In this document: positions 50,664 through 61,700 of the stretch, piece by piece
Numbering within the stretch: the stretch's first letter is position 1
How the letters are laid out: each line of letters starts with the position of its first letter
Source of the DNA: an uncultured delta proteobacterium
Lineage (GTDB): Bacteria; Myxococcota_A; Polyangia; Polyangiales; Polyangiaceae
Reading direction: 5' to 3'
Assembly (NCBI GenBank): GCA_963782055.1
Contig: CAWAIF010000003.1
Location: forward strand, 2,976,001 to 3,040,000
Length of the DNA: 64,000 nt
Notes under the pieces: model-generated
What the model was told of the DNA's origin: nothing
Seen by the model: the letters and a program-made list of their open reading frames with translations, nothing else
The model's database searches: none
Made by a program: the position numbers and the translations under genes

Positions 50664-52054
50664 TGCGCCGGCGGGGCTGGCTGCTCGCGGCGGGCTTGTC
50701 GATGCTGCCGCTCGGGGCGTGCTCGGCGTGCTCCCCCGCGACGACGGCGACGCCGGACGACGCGGGCCCCACCGGCAGCACGCGGCGCGACGCAGGTCTG
50801 CCGGATGGGGACGCGGGCCCGGCTCCGTTGCCCGACGCGTCGGACTTCGATGCAGGGTTCGACCCGTTCGTGGGCAACTGGGGCCCGATGCCCGGCGCGA
50901 GCTGCATCAAGATGGACTACGAGCCGGCGAAGGACATCACGCCCTTCACGTGGGACGCCTGCGCCAGCGCGCGGCCGGGGTGCGGGCGGCTCAAGGTCGA
51001 CTGGACGACCCAGCTCGGCGTGCAGCTGACATTCCCTCCCACCCATGTCGCCCGCGCCTTTTCGACGGGCACGTTCATCGCCTACGAGCGGCGGTTTCCG
51101 CGGCTGGGGAATCCCAATTTCAACGCCGCGACCATCAGCCTTGCCTCGGACATGGAGGGTCACGCGGCCTTTGCCCTTGGGTGGTTCGAGGATGATCCGT
51201 CCAAGTGCGGAGGTCGGGCTGCGGTGTCTGCCGCGCATGCGACGTTCGCCGGAGTGTCTTACGACAGTAGTATTGCATTCGGGGTGGCACCCTACTCCGC
51301 TCCCTCGAACGTGGTCGCACACTGGAAGACCCAGCAAGACCTCGGGATCGCGACCGGACCCTCCGGAGGTACGGTGCAGCGCTTCGTCACTAGCGGGACG
51401 GACATCGTCGCCGAGACGAGCGATCCCTTCAGCCTCGTCATCTACGATCCGTTGAAGGATCTCCTCACCCAGGTCATGGAAGGTCAGGGCCGGAGCCCCG
51501 CTGTCGACCCGGTGGGCGTGCAGGGCGGCGTGTTCGCCCTCGACTCGAGCAATACGCGCGGCCTCTACTACGTGGCGCTGGATGGAAGCAGCAGCAAGAT
51601 CTACGTCCCGGGTGCGGGCGATCACACTTTCTCCCTGGACGCCGACAACGCGAGCGGCGACAGCCTGGTGTGGCTCCAGGGCCAGGAGACCGGCTTCGAC
51701 TACCTCGACGTGAGCCTCTGGACGGCGCCCTTCGCCACGACGCCCGGCGCCCTTACGCCCCGCCGGGTCACGGGGATCCCCAGCATGTACAACTACGGCA
51801 GCTTCATGGTGGCCAACGCCGGGATGGCGCTGCTGGTGAGCAGCGCGACCACCGCGGAGCTGGTACGCCTGTCCGACGGTTGGGCCTGGTCCATTCCCGC
51901 CGAGGCGGGCGACACCTTCACCCGCGCGCTCTGGGTGGATGACACGGAGGTCTGGCTGGCGGTGGGGCTCACCAAGTACGGCGGATATCTGGGCAACAGC
52001 ATCCTGAAGCTCTCGCTCGCCGGCCTGGGTGCGCCAACCATCCCGCCGAGCTGA
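50663..52054 (+). CDS. Hypothetical lipoprotein (beta-rich)
   Basis: ATG overlaps the upstream [26 protein letters not shown] linker. Confidence 0.75.
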   Translation: MRRRGWLLAAGLSMLPLGACSACSPATTATPDDAGPTGSTRRDAGLPDGDAGPAPLPDASDFDAGFDPFVGNWGPMPGASCIKMDYEPAKDITPFTWDACASARPGCGRLKVDWTTQLGVQLTFPPTHVARAFSTGTFIAYERRFPRLGNPNFNAATISLASDMEGHAAFALGWFEDDPSKCGGRAAVSAAHATFAGVSYDSSIAFGVAPYSAPSNVVAHWKTQQDLGIATGPSGGTVQRFVTSGTDIVAETSDPFSLVIYDPLKDLLTQVMEGQGRSPAVDPVGVQGGVFALDSSNTRGLYYVALDGSSSKIYVPGAGDHTFSLDADNASGDSLVWLQGQETGFDYLDVSLWTAPFATTPGALTPRRVTGIPSMYNYGSFMVANAGMALLVSSATTAELVRLSDGWAWSIPAEAGDTFTRALWVDDTEVWLAVGLTKYGGYLGNSILKLSLAGLGAPTIPPS

Positions 52055-52064
52055 GGAGACGAGG

Positions 52065-52556
52065 ATGGCTGCGGGCATGAAGCACGTCCGAGCAAGAAGC
52101 GCGCGAGGTGGCGGCTGGCTGCTGCTCTCCGCGGCGACGTCATTGCTCGCGACCGCCTGCAGCAACGGCTCCTCCCGGTGCAGCGACGCGCCGCCCGCGA
52201 CGTACGGGCTGCAGGTGCAGTCGGGCTTCCCGGCTTCGCTTGACCCCGACGGCGGGGCGTCCGTGCCGCTCGACATCCACGGTGGTGGTGGGGGCTGCGG
52301 CGGAAGTATTTCCACTGCGCTGACGGCGGAGGGAGGGCTCTTCACCTCGCCGAGCCGCGGCTCCTCCATCACCATCCTGCTCACCGAGGGCGGCGACTAC
52401 AACACTGAATTTCTGGGCACGGCGACGCTGTTCGTACCCGATGGCGCCGAGGTCACGGTGCGCGCGGTCGCCGGGGACGCCGGGGCGTGCACCGTGTTCT
52501 CCATCCGGCCGGACGCGGGCCCTCCCCCCGAGGTCGTGGACCGACCCTGCCTGTAA
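52065..52556 (+). CDS. Hypothetical lipoprotein
   Basis: GAGGAG upstream; LATAC lipobox; several Cys. Confidence 0.6.
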   Translation: MAAGMKHVRARSARGGGWLLLSAATSLLATACSNGSSRCSDAPPATYGLQVQSGFPASLDPDGGASVPLDIHGGGGGCGGSISTALTAEGGLFTSPSRGSSITILLTEGGDYNTEFLGTATLFVPDGAEVTVRAVAGDAGACTVFSIRPDAGPPPEVVDRPCL

Positions 52557-52616
52557 CGCCCGCTAGCCTCGATCTCCGTGCGCCCTTCGGGCTGTCGGCC
52601 GGCCTGCGGCCGGACC

Positions 52617-54449
<1,833 letters not shown>

Positions 54450-54494
54450 GCACCCAATGTCTCCGTCCCGGACGCGGGCCCAGGGCGGGCTTCT

Positions 54495-54773
54495 TTACTT
54501 CTTGGCGCCCTCGGCTGCCAGTACGGGTCCGCTCCGGTCGCGGCGCTCCTCCTTCGAGGAGCGCGACCCCGAGCCAGAGGTCTCCACGCTGGGGGGCTCC
54601 GGCGTCAGGGGGAGCTGACCGGGCAGCAGGTGGGCGTAGTGGCGCAGGACCAGGTCGATGCCCTCCCGGATGTAGACCGCCACCGGCACCTTGGTACGCT
54701 CGTGCAGGAGCTTGAGCTTGTCGCTCTGCTCCGGGGTCACGTAGATGGTCGTCGAGATTTTCTTTCGAGACAT
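54495..54773 (-). CDS. cdbA: Ribbon-helix-helix protein, CdbA-like (c-di-GMP-binding nucleoid protein of myxobacteria)
   Basis: MSRKKISTTIYVTPEQSDKLKLLHERTKVPVAVYIREGIDLVLRHY...LPGQ matches my recollection of Myxococcus CdbA. Confidence 0.7.
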   Translation of the reverse strand: MSRKKISTTIYVTPEQSDKLKLLHERTKVPVAVYIREGIDLVLRHYAHLLPGQLPLTPEPPSVETSGSGSRSSKEERRDRSGPVLAAEGAKK

Positions 54774-54896
54774 CGCCGCGATTCCCTGCTGCGCTCCGCG
54801 TTCGCCCGGTGCCGCCCCCAGGACCGTGCGGGTCCTCGTAGTCGACTCCGTCAGGTTTGGATAGCGCGTCGCGACCCGCCGCGGGGAGCGCAACCG

Positions 54897-54990
54897 CTAT
54901 CGATATACACTACATGGACATACGTGCGCTTTCAAGCCGAGGAATTTGATAATTTCGCAATATATTACGTATACTTACGTAGCATTTAGG
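54897..54990. promoter_or_regulatory. AT-rich divergent control region with TTACGTA direct repeat
   Basis: Most AT-rich stretch noticed in the window; TTACGTA at 54965-54971 and 54975-54981. Confidence 0.6.
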
Positions 54991-55097
54991 ACAGGGGCAA
55001 TATGCCCCGGCACGGCCCGTTCGCGCGGCTTGCTCCCCGGCGCCCGCCGTGGGTATCGTGGCGGCGGAAGTCGTCTTCCCACGAGGGCTTGGACGTC

Positions 55098-55865
55098 ATG
55101 AAATCTCGCTTCTTTCCCAGGCTTCCCCCCACCGCGCGCACACTCGGACTGTGTCTGTGCGCGGCTGGCCTGGCAGCCGCCGCCGCGTGCAGCGGCGGTG
55201 GGGACCAGACGGGGGCAGACCAGCCCAAGATTCCCAGCGCGGTGGACGACACCATCAAGCACGAGAGCTGCGACGAGTCCTCCGGTCGGGTGGAGTCCCT
55301 GGACACCAACAACGACGGCAAGCCGGACATCAAGCGCGTCTACAACAAGAGCACCGGGCGCGAGGTGTGCCGCATCGTCGACCTGGATCACGACGGCAAG
55401 CCGGACATGTTCGAGTACTACGACCCGAGCGGGCAGCTTCGCCGCCGGGAGGCCGCCTACGACCCCACCGGCGCCATCACGATGGTGGAGGGCTACCAGG
55501 GCGGCAAGCTGGTCTCGCGCGAGCTCGATACCAGCGGGGACCACCGCATCGACACCTGGGACACCTTCGACCCGGCGAGCGGCCAGCGCACCAAGCGCGT
55601 GCGCGATACCAACGCCGACGGCAAGATCGACCAGTGGTGGACGTGGAACGGCACGCAGCTCTCCATCGCCATCGACAAGGACGGCGACGGCAAGCCGGAC
55701 CCGGAGGCGACAATCACCTCCGGCGGCCCGCCGCCCGGCACCCCGGACGCGGGGGCCAAGGCCTCGACGGACGCCGGCGGACCTCCTCCGCCCCCGCCCC
55801 CGCCCGTGCTGATGCCCACCGACGACGCCGGTCCGGATGCTGCGGACGCGGGAGGTAAGTCATGA
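55098..55865 (+). CDS. Lipoprotein with repeated Dx[DN]xDGxxD motifs (paralog 1)
   Basis: AAAC lipobox; DTNNDGKPD, DLDHDGKPD, DTSGDHRID, DTNADGKID, DKDGDGKPD. Confidence 0.8.
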   Translation: MKSRFFPRLPPTARTLGLCLCAAGLAAAAACSGGGDQTGADQPKIPSAVDDTIKHESCDESSGRVESLDTNNDGKPDIKRVYNKSTGREVCRIVDLDHDGKPDMFEYYDPSGQLRRREAAYDPTGAITMVEGYQGGKLVSRELDTSGDHRIDTWDTFDPASGQRTKRVRDTNADGKIDQWWTWNGTQLSIAIDKDGDGKPDPEATITSGGPPPGTPDAGAKASTDAGGPPPPPPPPVLMPTDDAGPDAADAGGKS

Positions 55866-56626
55866 GGCGGCTCGTGCTGGGTCTCGGGGCGTTCGGAGTG
55901 CTCGCGGTGGTCGGCTTCGCCTGTGGAGGGGCCGCCACGCCGCCTCCGGTGACGGCGAAGACCGCCCCGGGCGGCACCAAGGATCAGGCCAACTGGCCGG
56001 ACGACGACAAGTCCATGTGCGGCTGGCGCAACCACCCCGAGCTGGAGGTCAGCGAGACGGCCGGCCCGGGCGCCATCCGCCCCAACATCCGCCGCGTCTA
56101 CAAGACGGTGGGGGAGGGCGACAGCCGCCGGCAGACCCTCGTCTGCCGGGAGGTGGACACCAACCTGGACGGCATCAAGGACGTCATGCGCACCTTCAAC
56201 GCGAAGGGCGAGCCGGTGAAGGAGGAGTCCGACACCAACTACGACGGAAAGATCGACGTCTGGACGTCCTTCGACCACGGCCGGGTGGTGGAGGAGAACA
56301 TCGACACCAACAAGGACGGGCGGCCGGACGTGTGGAAGGTGTACGTCGACGGCAAGCTCTCGCGCGTGAAGCGCGACCGCGACTTCAACGGCAAGCCCGA
56401 CGTGTGGGAGATCTACACCAAGGGCCGCCTGGAGCGCATGGGCATGGACGAGACGGGCGACGGCCACGTCAATCGCTGGGACCGTGACGGCATCCTGCTC
56501 AAGCAGCAGGAGGCCGAGGAGGAGAAGGCGGACGAGGACGGCGGCACCGACGGCGGCGACACGGGCGACGCCGGGGACGCCGGGGACGCGGGCCCGAAGG
56601 GCAAGCGGCAGGAGAGCCGGGAGTAG
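55862..56626 (+). CDS. Lipoprotein with repeated Dx[DN]xDGxxD motifs (paralog 2)
   Basis: GFAC lipobox; DTNLDGIKD, DTNYDGKID, DTNKDGRPD, DRDFNGKPD, DETGDGHVN; ATGA overlap with GGAGGT SD. Confidence 0.85.
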   Translation: MRRLVLGLGAFGVLAVVGFACGGAATPPPVTAKTAPGGTKDQANWPDDDKSMCGWRNHPELEVSETAGPGAIRPNIRRVYKTVGEGDSRRQTLVCREVDTNLDGIKDVMRTFNAKGEPVKEESDTNYDGKIDVWTSFDHGRVVEENIDTNKDGRPDVWKVYVDGKLSRVKRDRDFNGKPDVWEIYTKGRLERMGMDETGDGHVNRWDRDGILLKQQEAEEEKADEDGGTDGGDTGDAGDAGDAGPKGKRQESRE

Positions 56627-56627
56627 G

Positions 56628-56668
56628 CCTCACCCCCCGGCCCCCTCCCCCTACGAGGGAGAGGGGGA
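56628..56668 (+). repeat. Interspersed BoxC/REP-like element, copy 3
   Basis: CCTCACCCCCCGGCCCCCTCCCCCTACGAGGGAGAGGGGGA right after TAG. Confidence 0.75.
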
Positions 56669-56704
56669 GGAGAGGGCGACCGCTAGCTTGCTTGCGGTGG
56701 GGAG

Positions 56705-57058
56705 CTAGGGATCGGTCGTGCCTTTGCGGCCGTAGGCGTCTTCCAGGCGGACGACGTCGTCCAGCTCTGGCGTGGAGGTCTCCAGGACGTCGACATCGGT
56801 GACGGCGATCATGCGGTGCACGGTGCGCGGGGTGCAGTGATACGCGTCTCCCGCGCGCATGCGCTGCGCGCGGGTGCCCGGCCCCTCCCCGAGCTCGAGG
56901 TCCATCTCGCCGGAGTACACGTAGAAGCTCTCGTCCTTCTTCTCGTGGTACTGGCGAGACAGCTTGTGCCCGGCCGCGATGTGGAGGATCTTGCCGACGT
57001 ACCTCTCGGTCTCGGCCCATACGATCTCGTAGCCCCAGGGCTTTTCGACGCGACGCAT
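56705..57058 (-). CDS. Cupin domain protein (mannose-6-phosphate isomerase type II C-terminal-like)
   Basis: MRRVEKPWGYE, LSRQYHEKKDE, PRTVHR, DDVVRLEDAYGR. Confidence 0.88.
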   Translation of the reverse strand: MRRVEKPWGYEIVWAETERYVGKILHIAAGHKLSRQYHEKKDESFYVYSGEMDLELGEGPGTRAQRMRAGDAYHCTPRTVHRMIAVTDVDVLETSTPELDDVVRLEDAYGRKGTTDP

Positions 57059-58631
57059 GAAGTCAACGAAGCATACAACGGGCCAAGGGGAGCGATTGCA
57101 GAAGATCCTGGCGCGGGGCGGGATCGCGTCGCGCCGCCACGCCGAGGAGCTCATCGCCGCCGGGCGCGTGCGCGTCAACGGCAAGGTGGTGCGCGAGCCG
57201 GGCACGCGAGCGGACCCGCGTCGCGACAAGGTGGAGGTGGACGGCAAGCGGGTGGTCGCCGAGGCGCCGGTCTACGTGGTGCTGAACAAGGCGCGCGGGG
57301 TGGTGACGACGGCGCGCGATCCGCAGGGCCGCCCGACAGTGGCGGAGTCTCTCACCGGGGCCGGAGCGCGCGTCTACCCCGTCGGCCGGCTGGACTTCGC
57401 CACCAGCGGCGTGCTGCTGGCCACCAACGACGGCGATTTCTCCAACGGTCTGCTGCACCCGCGGAAGTCGGTACCCAAGACCTACGTCGTCAAGGTGGCC
57501 GGCCACATGGAGGACCGCGATCTGGAGCGCTGGCGCACGGGGGTGATGCTGGAGGACGGCAAGACCCTGCCCGCGGACGTGTCCTTGATCCGCTACGAGA
57601 AGGGGGAGCCCTCCGCCGGACGGGAGAGCGCGCGGGACAAGACGTGGCTGGAGCTCACCATCCGTGAGGGGCGCAACCAGCAGATCCGGCGCATGGGGGA
57701 CGCGACGGGGTTCCCGGTGATGCGGCTGTCGCGCACCTCGTTCGCCGGGATCGACGCCGCGGGGCTGCGCCCCGGGGCGTGGCGATACTTGACGCGTCAA
57801 GAGCTGGTGGAGCTGAAGAAGGTCTACGGGGTGCCCGGCTCGGTGCCTGCCGTGCCCGCGCCGCCGGCGCGCGGTCGGAAGGGGATGGTGCCTCCTCGCA
57901 AGGGAGCGACGGCGGGGGAGCGTGGGGGAGCGCGTGCGGGGGAGCGGGAGCGTGCGGGGGAGCGGGAGCGTGGGGGAGCGCGTGCGGGGGAGCGGGAGCG
58001 TGGGGGAGCGCGAGGGCGAGAGCGTGCGGGGGAGCGGGAGCGTGGGGGAGCGCGTGCGGGGGAGCGTGCGGGAGCGCGTGCGGGGGAGCGTGGGGGAGCG
58101 CGTGCGGGGGAGCGTGGGGGAGCGCGTGCGGGGGAGCGTGGGGGAGCGCGTGCGGGGGAGCGTGGGGGAGCGCGTGCGGGGGAGCGTGGGGGAGCGCGTG
58201 CGGGGGAGCGTGGGGGAGCGCGTGCGGGGGAGCGTGGGGGAGCGCGTGCGGGGGAGCGTGGGGGAGCGCGTGCGGGGGAGCGTGGGGGAGCGCGCGTGGA
58301 GGAGCGGGCGGGGGTGAAGGCGGGGCGGGGCGGACACGATCGCCACGAGGGATGGCGCCGCCGCCAGGCGGAGGGGGACGCCGGCGGCGATCAGACGCCG
58401 CGCTACGGCATGGGCGCGCCGGGCCGTCGCGGCTACGACGTGCGGCAGGATTACGGCGGCGGCACCGGCCGCGGGTCGAGCGGGACGCGTGAGGAGGGCG
58501 GCGGTTCGCGCGGCCCAACCGGCCGCGCGCGCGCGACGCGCACCACCGGCACCGGCGGCGGGGCCGGCGCCGGAGAAGGCAGCTACCGCATGCGCGGCGG
58601 CCGCGGCCGTGGCGGGCGTCACGGCAGGTAG
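57057..58631 (+). CDS. rluB: rRNA pseudouridine synthase (RsuA/RluB family) with long RGG-rich repeat tail
   Basis: S4 domain ERLQKILARGGIASRRHAEELI; YPVGRLDFATSGVLL (catalytic Asp); KTYVV; EGRNQQIRRM. Start uncertain. Confidence 0.85.
   Translation: MKSTKHTTGQGERLQKILARGGIASRRHAEELIAAGRVRVNGKVVREPGTRADPRRDKVEVDGKRVVAEAPVYVVLNKARGVVTTARDPQGRPTVAESLTGAGARVYPVGRLDFATSGVLLATNDGDFSNGLLHPRKSVPKTYVVKVAGHMEDRDLERWRTGVMLEDGKTLPADVSLIRYEKGEPSAGRESARDKTWLELTIREGRNQQIRRMGDATGFPVMRLSRTSFAGIDAAGLRPGAWRYLTRQELVELKKVYGVPGSVPAVPAPPARGRKGMVPPRKGATAGERGGARAGERERAGERERGGARAGERERGGARGRERAGERERGGARAGERAGARAGERGGARAGERGGARAGERGGARAGERGGARAGERGGARAGERGGARAGERGGARAGERGGARAGERGGARVEERAGVKAGRGGHDRHEGWRRRQAEGDAGGDQTPRYGMGAPGRRGYDVRQDYGGGTGRGSSGTREEGGGSRGPTGRARATRTTGTGGGAGAGEGSYRMRGGRGRGGRHGR
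57918..58295 (+). repeat. 24-bp coding minisatellite (ERGGARAG)n
   Basis: Eight perfect GAGCGTGGGGGAGCGCGTGCGGGG units at 58086-58277, degenerate units upstream and a partial unit downstream. Confidence 0.95.
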
Positions 58632-61600
58632 GGCGTCGCGTCGTACTCCGACTTCGCGGCGGGGCGCGGCTTCTTCGCCATGGGGTCGTCCATCGTCGCG
58701 GGAAGCGACCAGTCGTTCCGGAAGAAGCCGGCCGCCTGCACCTGCCCGGCCGACAGGAGCATCTGCCCGCGGGCCGGGGCGACGCGCTGGTCGTAGACGA
58801 CGAAGTCGGGCAGCAGGTTGGGCAGGGAGAGCGACCGCCAGGTGCCCAGCGCGCCTGTGCCCTCCACCACCACCAGGTAGCGGTCGGGGCGCCTCGGGTT
58901 GGGACGCACGAAGGCGGTGCCGAGCTGGTCGCCGGTGAAGCGCCGGGTGCCGACGACGACCGCGTCGCCCTCCACCTTGATCGGCAGCTCCGGCTCGAGC
59001 GCACGCACCAGGCTGTTGGAGCGCGCGTTGCCCACCAGGAACAAGGCGTGGTCGCCGTCCAGCGTGTAGCCGCGCGAGGCGAACTCGGTGTCGCTCACCA
59101 CCGGGTAGTCGACGGTCATGCCGTGGCGGATGGCGGCGAAGCGGCGGGCGACCTCCTCGTTGGCGCGCGCCTGCGCCGGGTCGGAGGCGCCGTAGACGAA
59201 AAGGAGCGGCTGGTGGAAGGCGTCGCGGATGGGGCCGGTGATCTCGCCGCGCTTGTAGGGGCCCTGGTGCAACGCCGGCCCCGGCTTCCACTTCGTACCC
59301 TCACGGTGCATCACGACCGGGCCGCCCGCGGGGAAGGTGAGCTTCTGGCCGTCGGCGGTGACGGTGAGCGGCTCGCCGGGGTCCACCAGCTTCGCGTCCT
59401 CGTCCAGCCGCAGCTCCGCCACGCCGGTGGTGGTGGCGCGCAGGGCGTGGCGGCCGAGCACGCGCGCGTCCACCTGACCCCAGGCGTCCGGCCTCGCCAG
59501 CTCGGTCACGTGCACCCAGTAGCTCGTGCCGTTGCGCGGGCGGATGGTGCGGAAGCGCACGCGGGCGGGGTGCGGATCGCGCACGTGCTGGAGCAGCCAC
59601 TTGGCGCCCTTGAAGTCGGCGTAGGTGGTGCGCCACACGTTGTGACCGAGGTCGGGGTGCTCGTCGATGATGGAGTAGTGGAGCTTGTGGTACTCGTCGA
59701 TGAGCACGCCGCTGTTGGTCTGCGGCCAGTCCTTCTTGCCCTGCACCACGTACAGCGGGATCCCCCAGCCGTTGTAGGCCCACTCCGAGTTGGAGCGCTC
59801 GGCGGCCACCACGTGCTCCCACGGGCGGATGGGGCGGCCGATGAAATCGCGCCGGACGAAGTAGCTGTGGTAGCCGCACAGGGGCTCGGCGGCGGCGAAG
59901 CGGTCGGGGTAGCGGAAGGGGATCGCCGCGGCGCCGATGCCGCCCATGGAGGCGCCGGTCATGGTGACGCGGTCGGGATCGATGGGGTAGCGCGCCATCA
60001 CGCGGTCCATGACGCGCACCACGTCGTCCTCGCCCAGATCGCGGTACATGGAGTTGCCGTACGCGGTGGGCGAGACGACGAAGGCGTCCAGCTCGGGCAG
60101 GCTCTCGACGTGGCGGTCTTCCCACGCGGAGGGCTTGCCCGCCACGTCGCCGCCGAAGAACCACCGCAGCATGGCCATCCCCTTGCCGTTGAGGCCGTGG
60201 AGGGTGACGACGAGCGGGTAGCGACGGGAGGTGCCCGGCTTGTACGAGGGCGGGACGTAAAGGGCGTACTCGGAGAGCCCCCCGTCGGTCGGGGAGCGGT
60301 AGGCCATCCGCAGGGGGCCGGTGCGGTCGACGAAGGGGTCGTGGCCCTTCTTCAGCATGCTCGCGTCGGAGAGCAGCTCCCGCGCCTCGAGGAGGGTGGC
60401 GCCCAGGTCCGGATCGCCCCGGTCGACGAAGTGCACGATGCGGTCGCGTGTATTCTGCACGCTCTCCAGGGTGTCCTGCCCGAGCCACGCCGGGGGCGCC
60501 TTGCGCAGCTCGCGCAGGGCCTCGTCGGCGCGCTGGACGGCGACGCGGAAGAAGCTGCGGGTGTAGAGGTGGGCCTCCACGTCGCGGCCGGCGACCTGCA
60601 CCTTGAAGTCGCTCGCGTGGTGCTCGACCTCGAGCAGATCCTTGCCGGAGAGGCGGGGGAGGGCGACGACCAGCTCGCTCGCGGCGCGCGGCACCTCCCC
60701 GGCGTCCACGTCGAAGAGGGTGGACTTGCCGGACTCCAGCCGCGCCCGCACGCGCAGCGGGACGCCGAGTGGCAACCCCTCCGGGAAGCGGACGCGCAGG
60801 CGGGGGGCGTAGCCGGTGTCGGTCATGCCGCGATCGACGGAGACCCACGACATCTCGGCGGCGAGGGCCCGGGCGAGATCGGGGCCCGCGCCGGGCAGCG
60901 AGAGGTACTCGCCGGGCGGGGGATCGAGGCTCGTCGTCTCCAGGATGCGGAGACGGAAGCTCCACGCGCCGTCGCGCTGGTGCAGCTTCAGGCGCACCGG
61001 GTGGTCGCCGGCGGCGAGGTCCAGCGGGATCGTGTCGTCGTCGTCGCGCTGCGGGCGGGCCTCCTCGCGCGTGAGCACCACCTTGCCGTCGACGGTCACC
61101 CGCACGCCGTCGTCGGAGCCGAGGAGCAGGTAGACCTTGGCCGCGCGGGCCAGGTGGAGCGTCCCGGCGGCGTAGGCGACGAGATCCTTGTCTCTGGGGG
61201 AGGTGGACCTCCTGCTGCGGCGCGGGGGCGGGGGGGCGCCGTCGGGCAGGACGCCGCCGTGCTCCAGCGCGTGCCTGACGTCGATGGCGCCCTCGCCGCT
61301 CGCCGCCAGGATCCAGTGTGGGGTGTCGTCGCCGCGCTGCGTGGGGCCGGCGGCGCCGAGGGAGGGCGTCAGCGCGGCCTCGTCGACGTCCGGTGGTGGC
61401 GTGGCGAGGGCGCTGGGCGCGTGGTGGCGGACGCCGTGCGACGCCGAGCGGTACGGCCCGAGCAGCAGCCACGCGCCCAGGTGTCCGTCAGCGGAGGGCC
61501 CGATCCGGACGGCGGGCGGGGTGGGGACCGCGGGCGGTGTGGCCGGCGTCGCCGCCGGGGTGTCCGCCGCGCTCAGCCCGGGGATCAGCGCCAGGGCCAG

Positions 61601-61642
61601 GAGGCCGCACGCGGCGGCCCTGACGGCGCCCGTCGCCCTCAC
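58619..61642 (-). CDS. Large secreted alpha/beta-hydrolase (esterase/S9 peptidase-like) with PA14-like N-terminal domain
   Basis: Signal peptide; LLGSDDGVRVTVDGK..LAAGDHPVRLKL; YALYVPPSY..YPLVVTLHG; IDPDRVTMTGASMGGIG; GHNVW. Confidence 0.8.
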   Translation of the reverse strand: MRATGAVRAAACGLLALALIPGLSAADTPAATPATPPAVPTPPAVRIGPSADGHLGAWLLLGPYRSASHGVRHHAPSALATPPPDVDEAALTPSLGAAGPTQRGDDTPHWILAASGEGAIDVRHALEHGGVLPDGAPPPPRRSRRSTSPRDKDLVAYAAGTLHLARAAKVYLLLGSDDGVRVTVDGKVVLTREEARPQRDDDDTIPLDLAAGDHPVRLKLHQRDGAWSFRLRILETTSLDPPPGEYLSLPGAGPDLARALAAEMSWVSVDRGMTDTGYAPRLRVRFPEGLPLGVPLRVRARLESGKSTLFDVDAGEVPRAASELVVALPRLSGKDLLEVEHHASDFKVQVAGRDVEAHLYTRSFFRVAVQRADEALRELRKAPPAWLGQDTLESVQNTRDRIVHFVDRGDPDLGATLLEARELLSDASMLKKGHDPFVDRTGPLRMAYRSPTDGGLSEYALYVPPSYKPGTSRRYPLVVTLHGLNGKGMAMLRWFFGGDVAGKPSAWEDRHVESLPELDAFVVSPTAYGNSMYRDLGEDDVVRVMDRVMARYPIDPDRVTMTGASMGGIGAAAIPFRYPDRFAAAEPLCGYHSYFVRRDFIGRPIRPWEHVVAAERSNSEWAYNGWGIPLYVVQGKKDWPQTNSGVLIDEYHKLHYSIIDEHPDLGHNVWRTTYADFKGAKWLLQHVRDPHPARVRFRTIRPRNGTSYWVHVTELARPDAWGQVDARVLGRHALRATTTGVAELRLDEDAKLVDPGEPLTVTADGQKLTFPAGGPVVMHREGTKWKPGPALHQGPYKRGEITGPIRDAFHQPLLFVYGASDPAQARANEEVARRFAAIRHGMTVDYPVVSDTEFASRGYTLDGDHALFLVGNARSNSLVRALEPELPIKVEGDAVVVGTRRFTGDQLGTAFVRPNPRRPDRYLVVVEGTGALGTWRSLSLPNLLPDFVVYDQRVAPARGQMLLSAGQVQAAGFFRNDWSLPATMDDPMAKKPRPAAKSEYDATPYLP

Positions 61643-61700
61643 GCCCCGACTTTCAGGCGAGGGTCCTCCTCCGGGCCAGCGACCGCGACCCGCATCTCCC

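Noticed and set aside
47200..52616. Prophage or integrative element
   Set aside because: No integrase, transposase, phage genes, tRNA target or flanking direct repeats were found.
57918..58295. Possible CRISPR array
   Set aside because: Head-to-tail repeats with no unique spacers, in frame within a CDS, and no cas genes.
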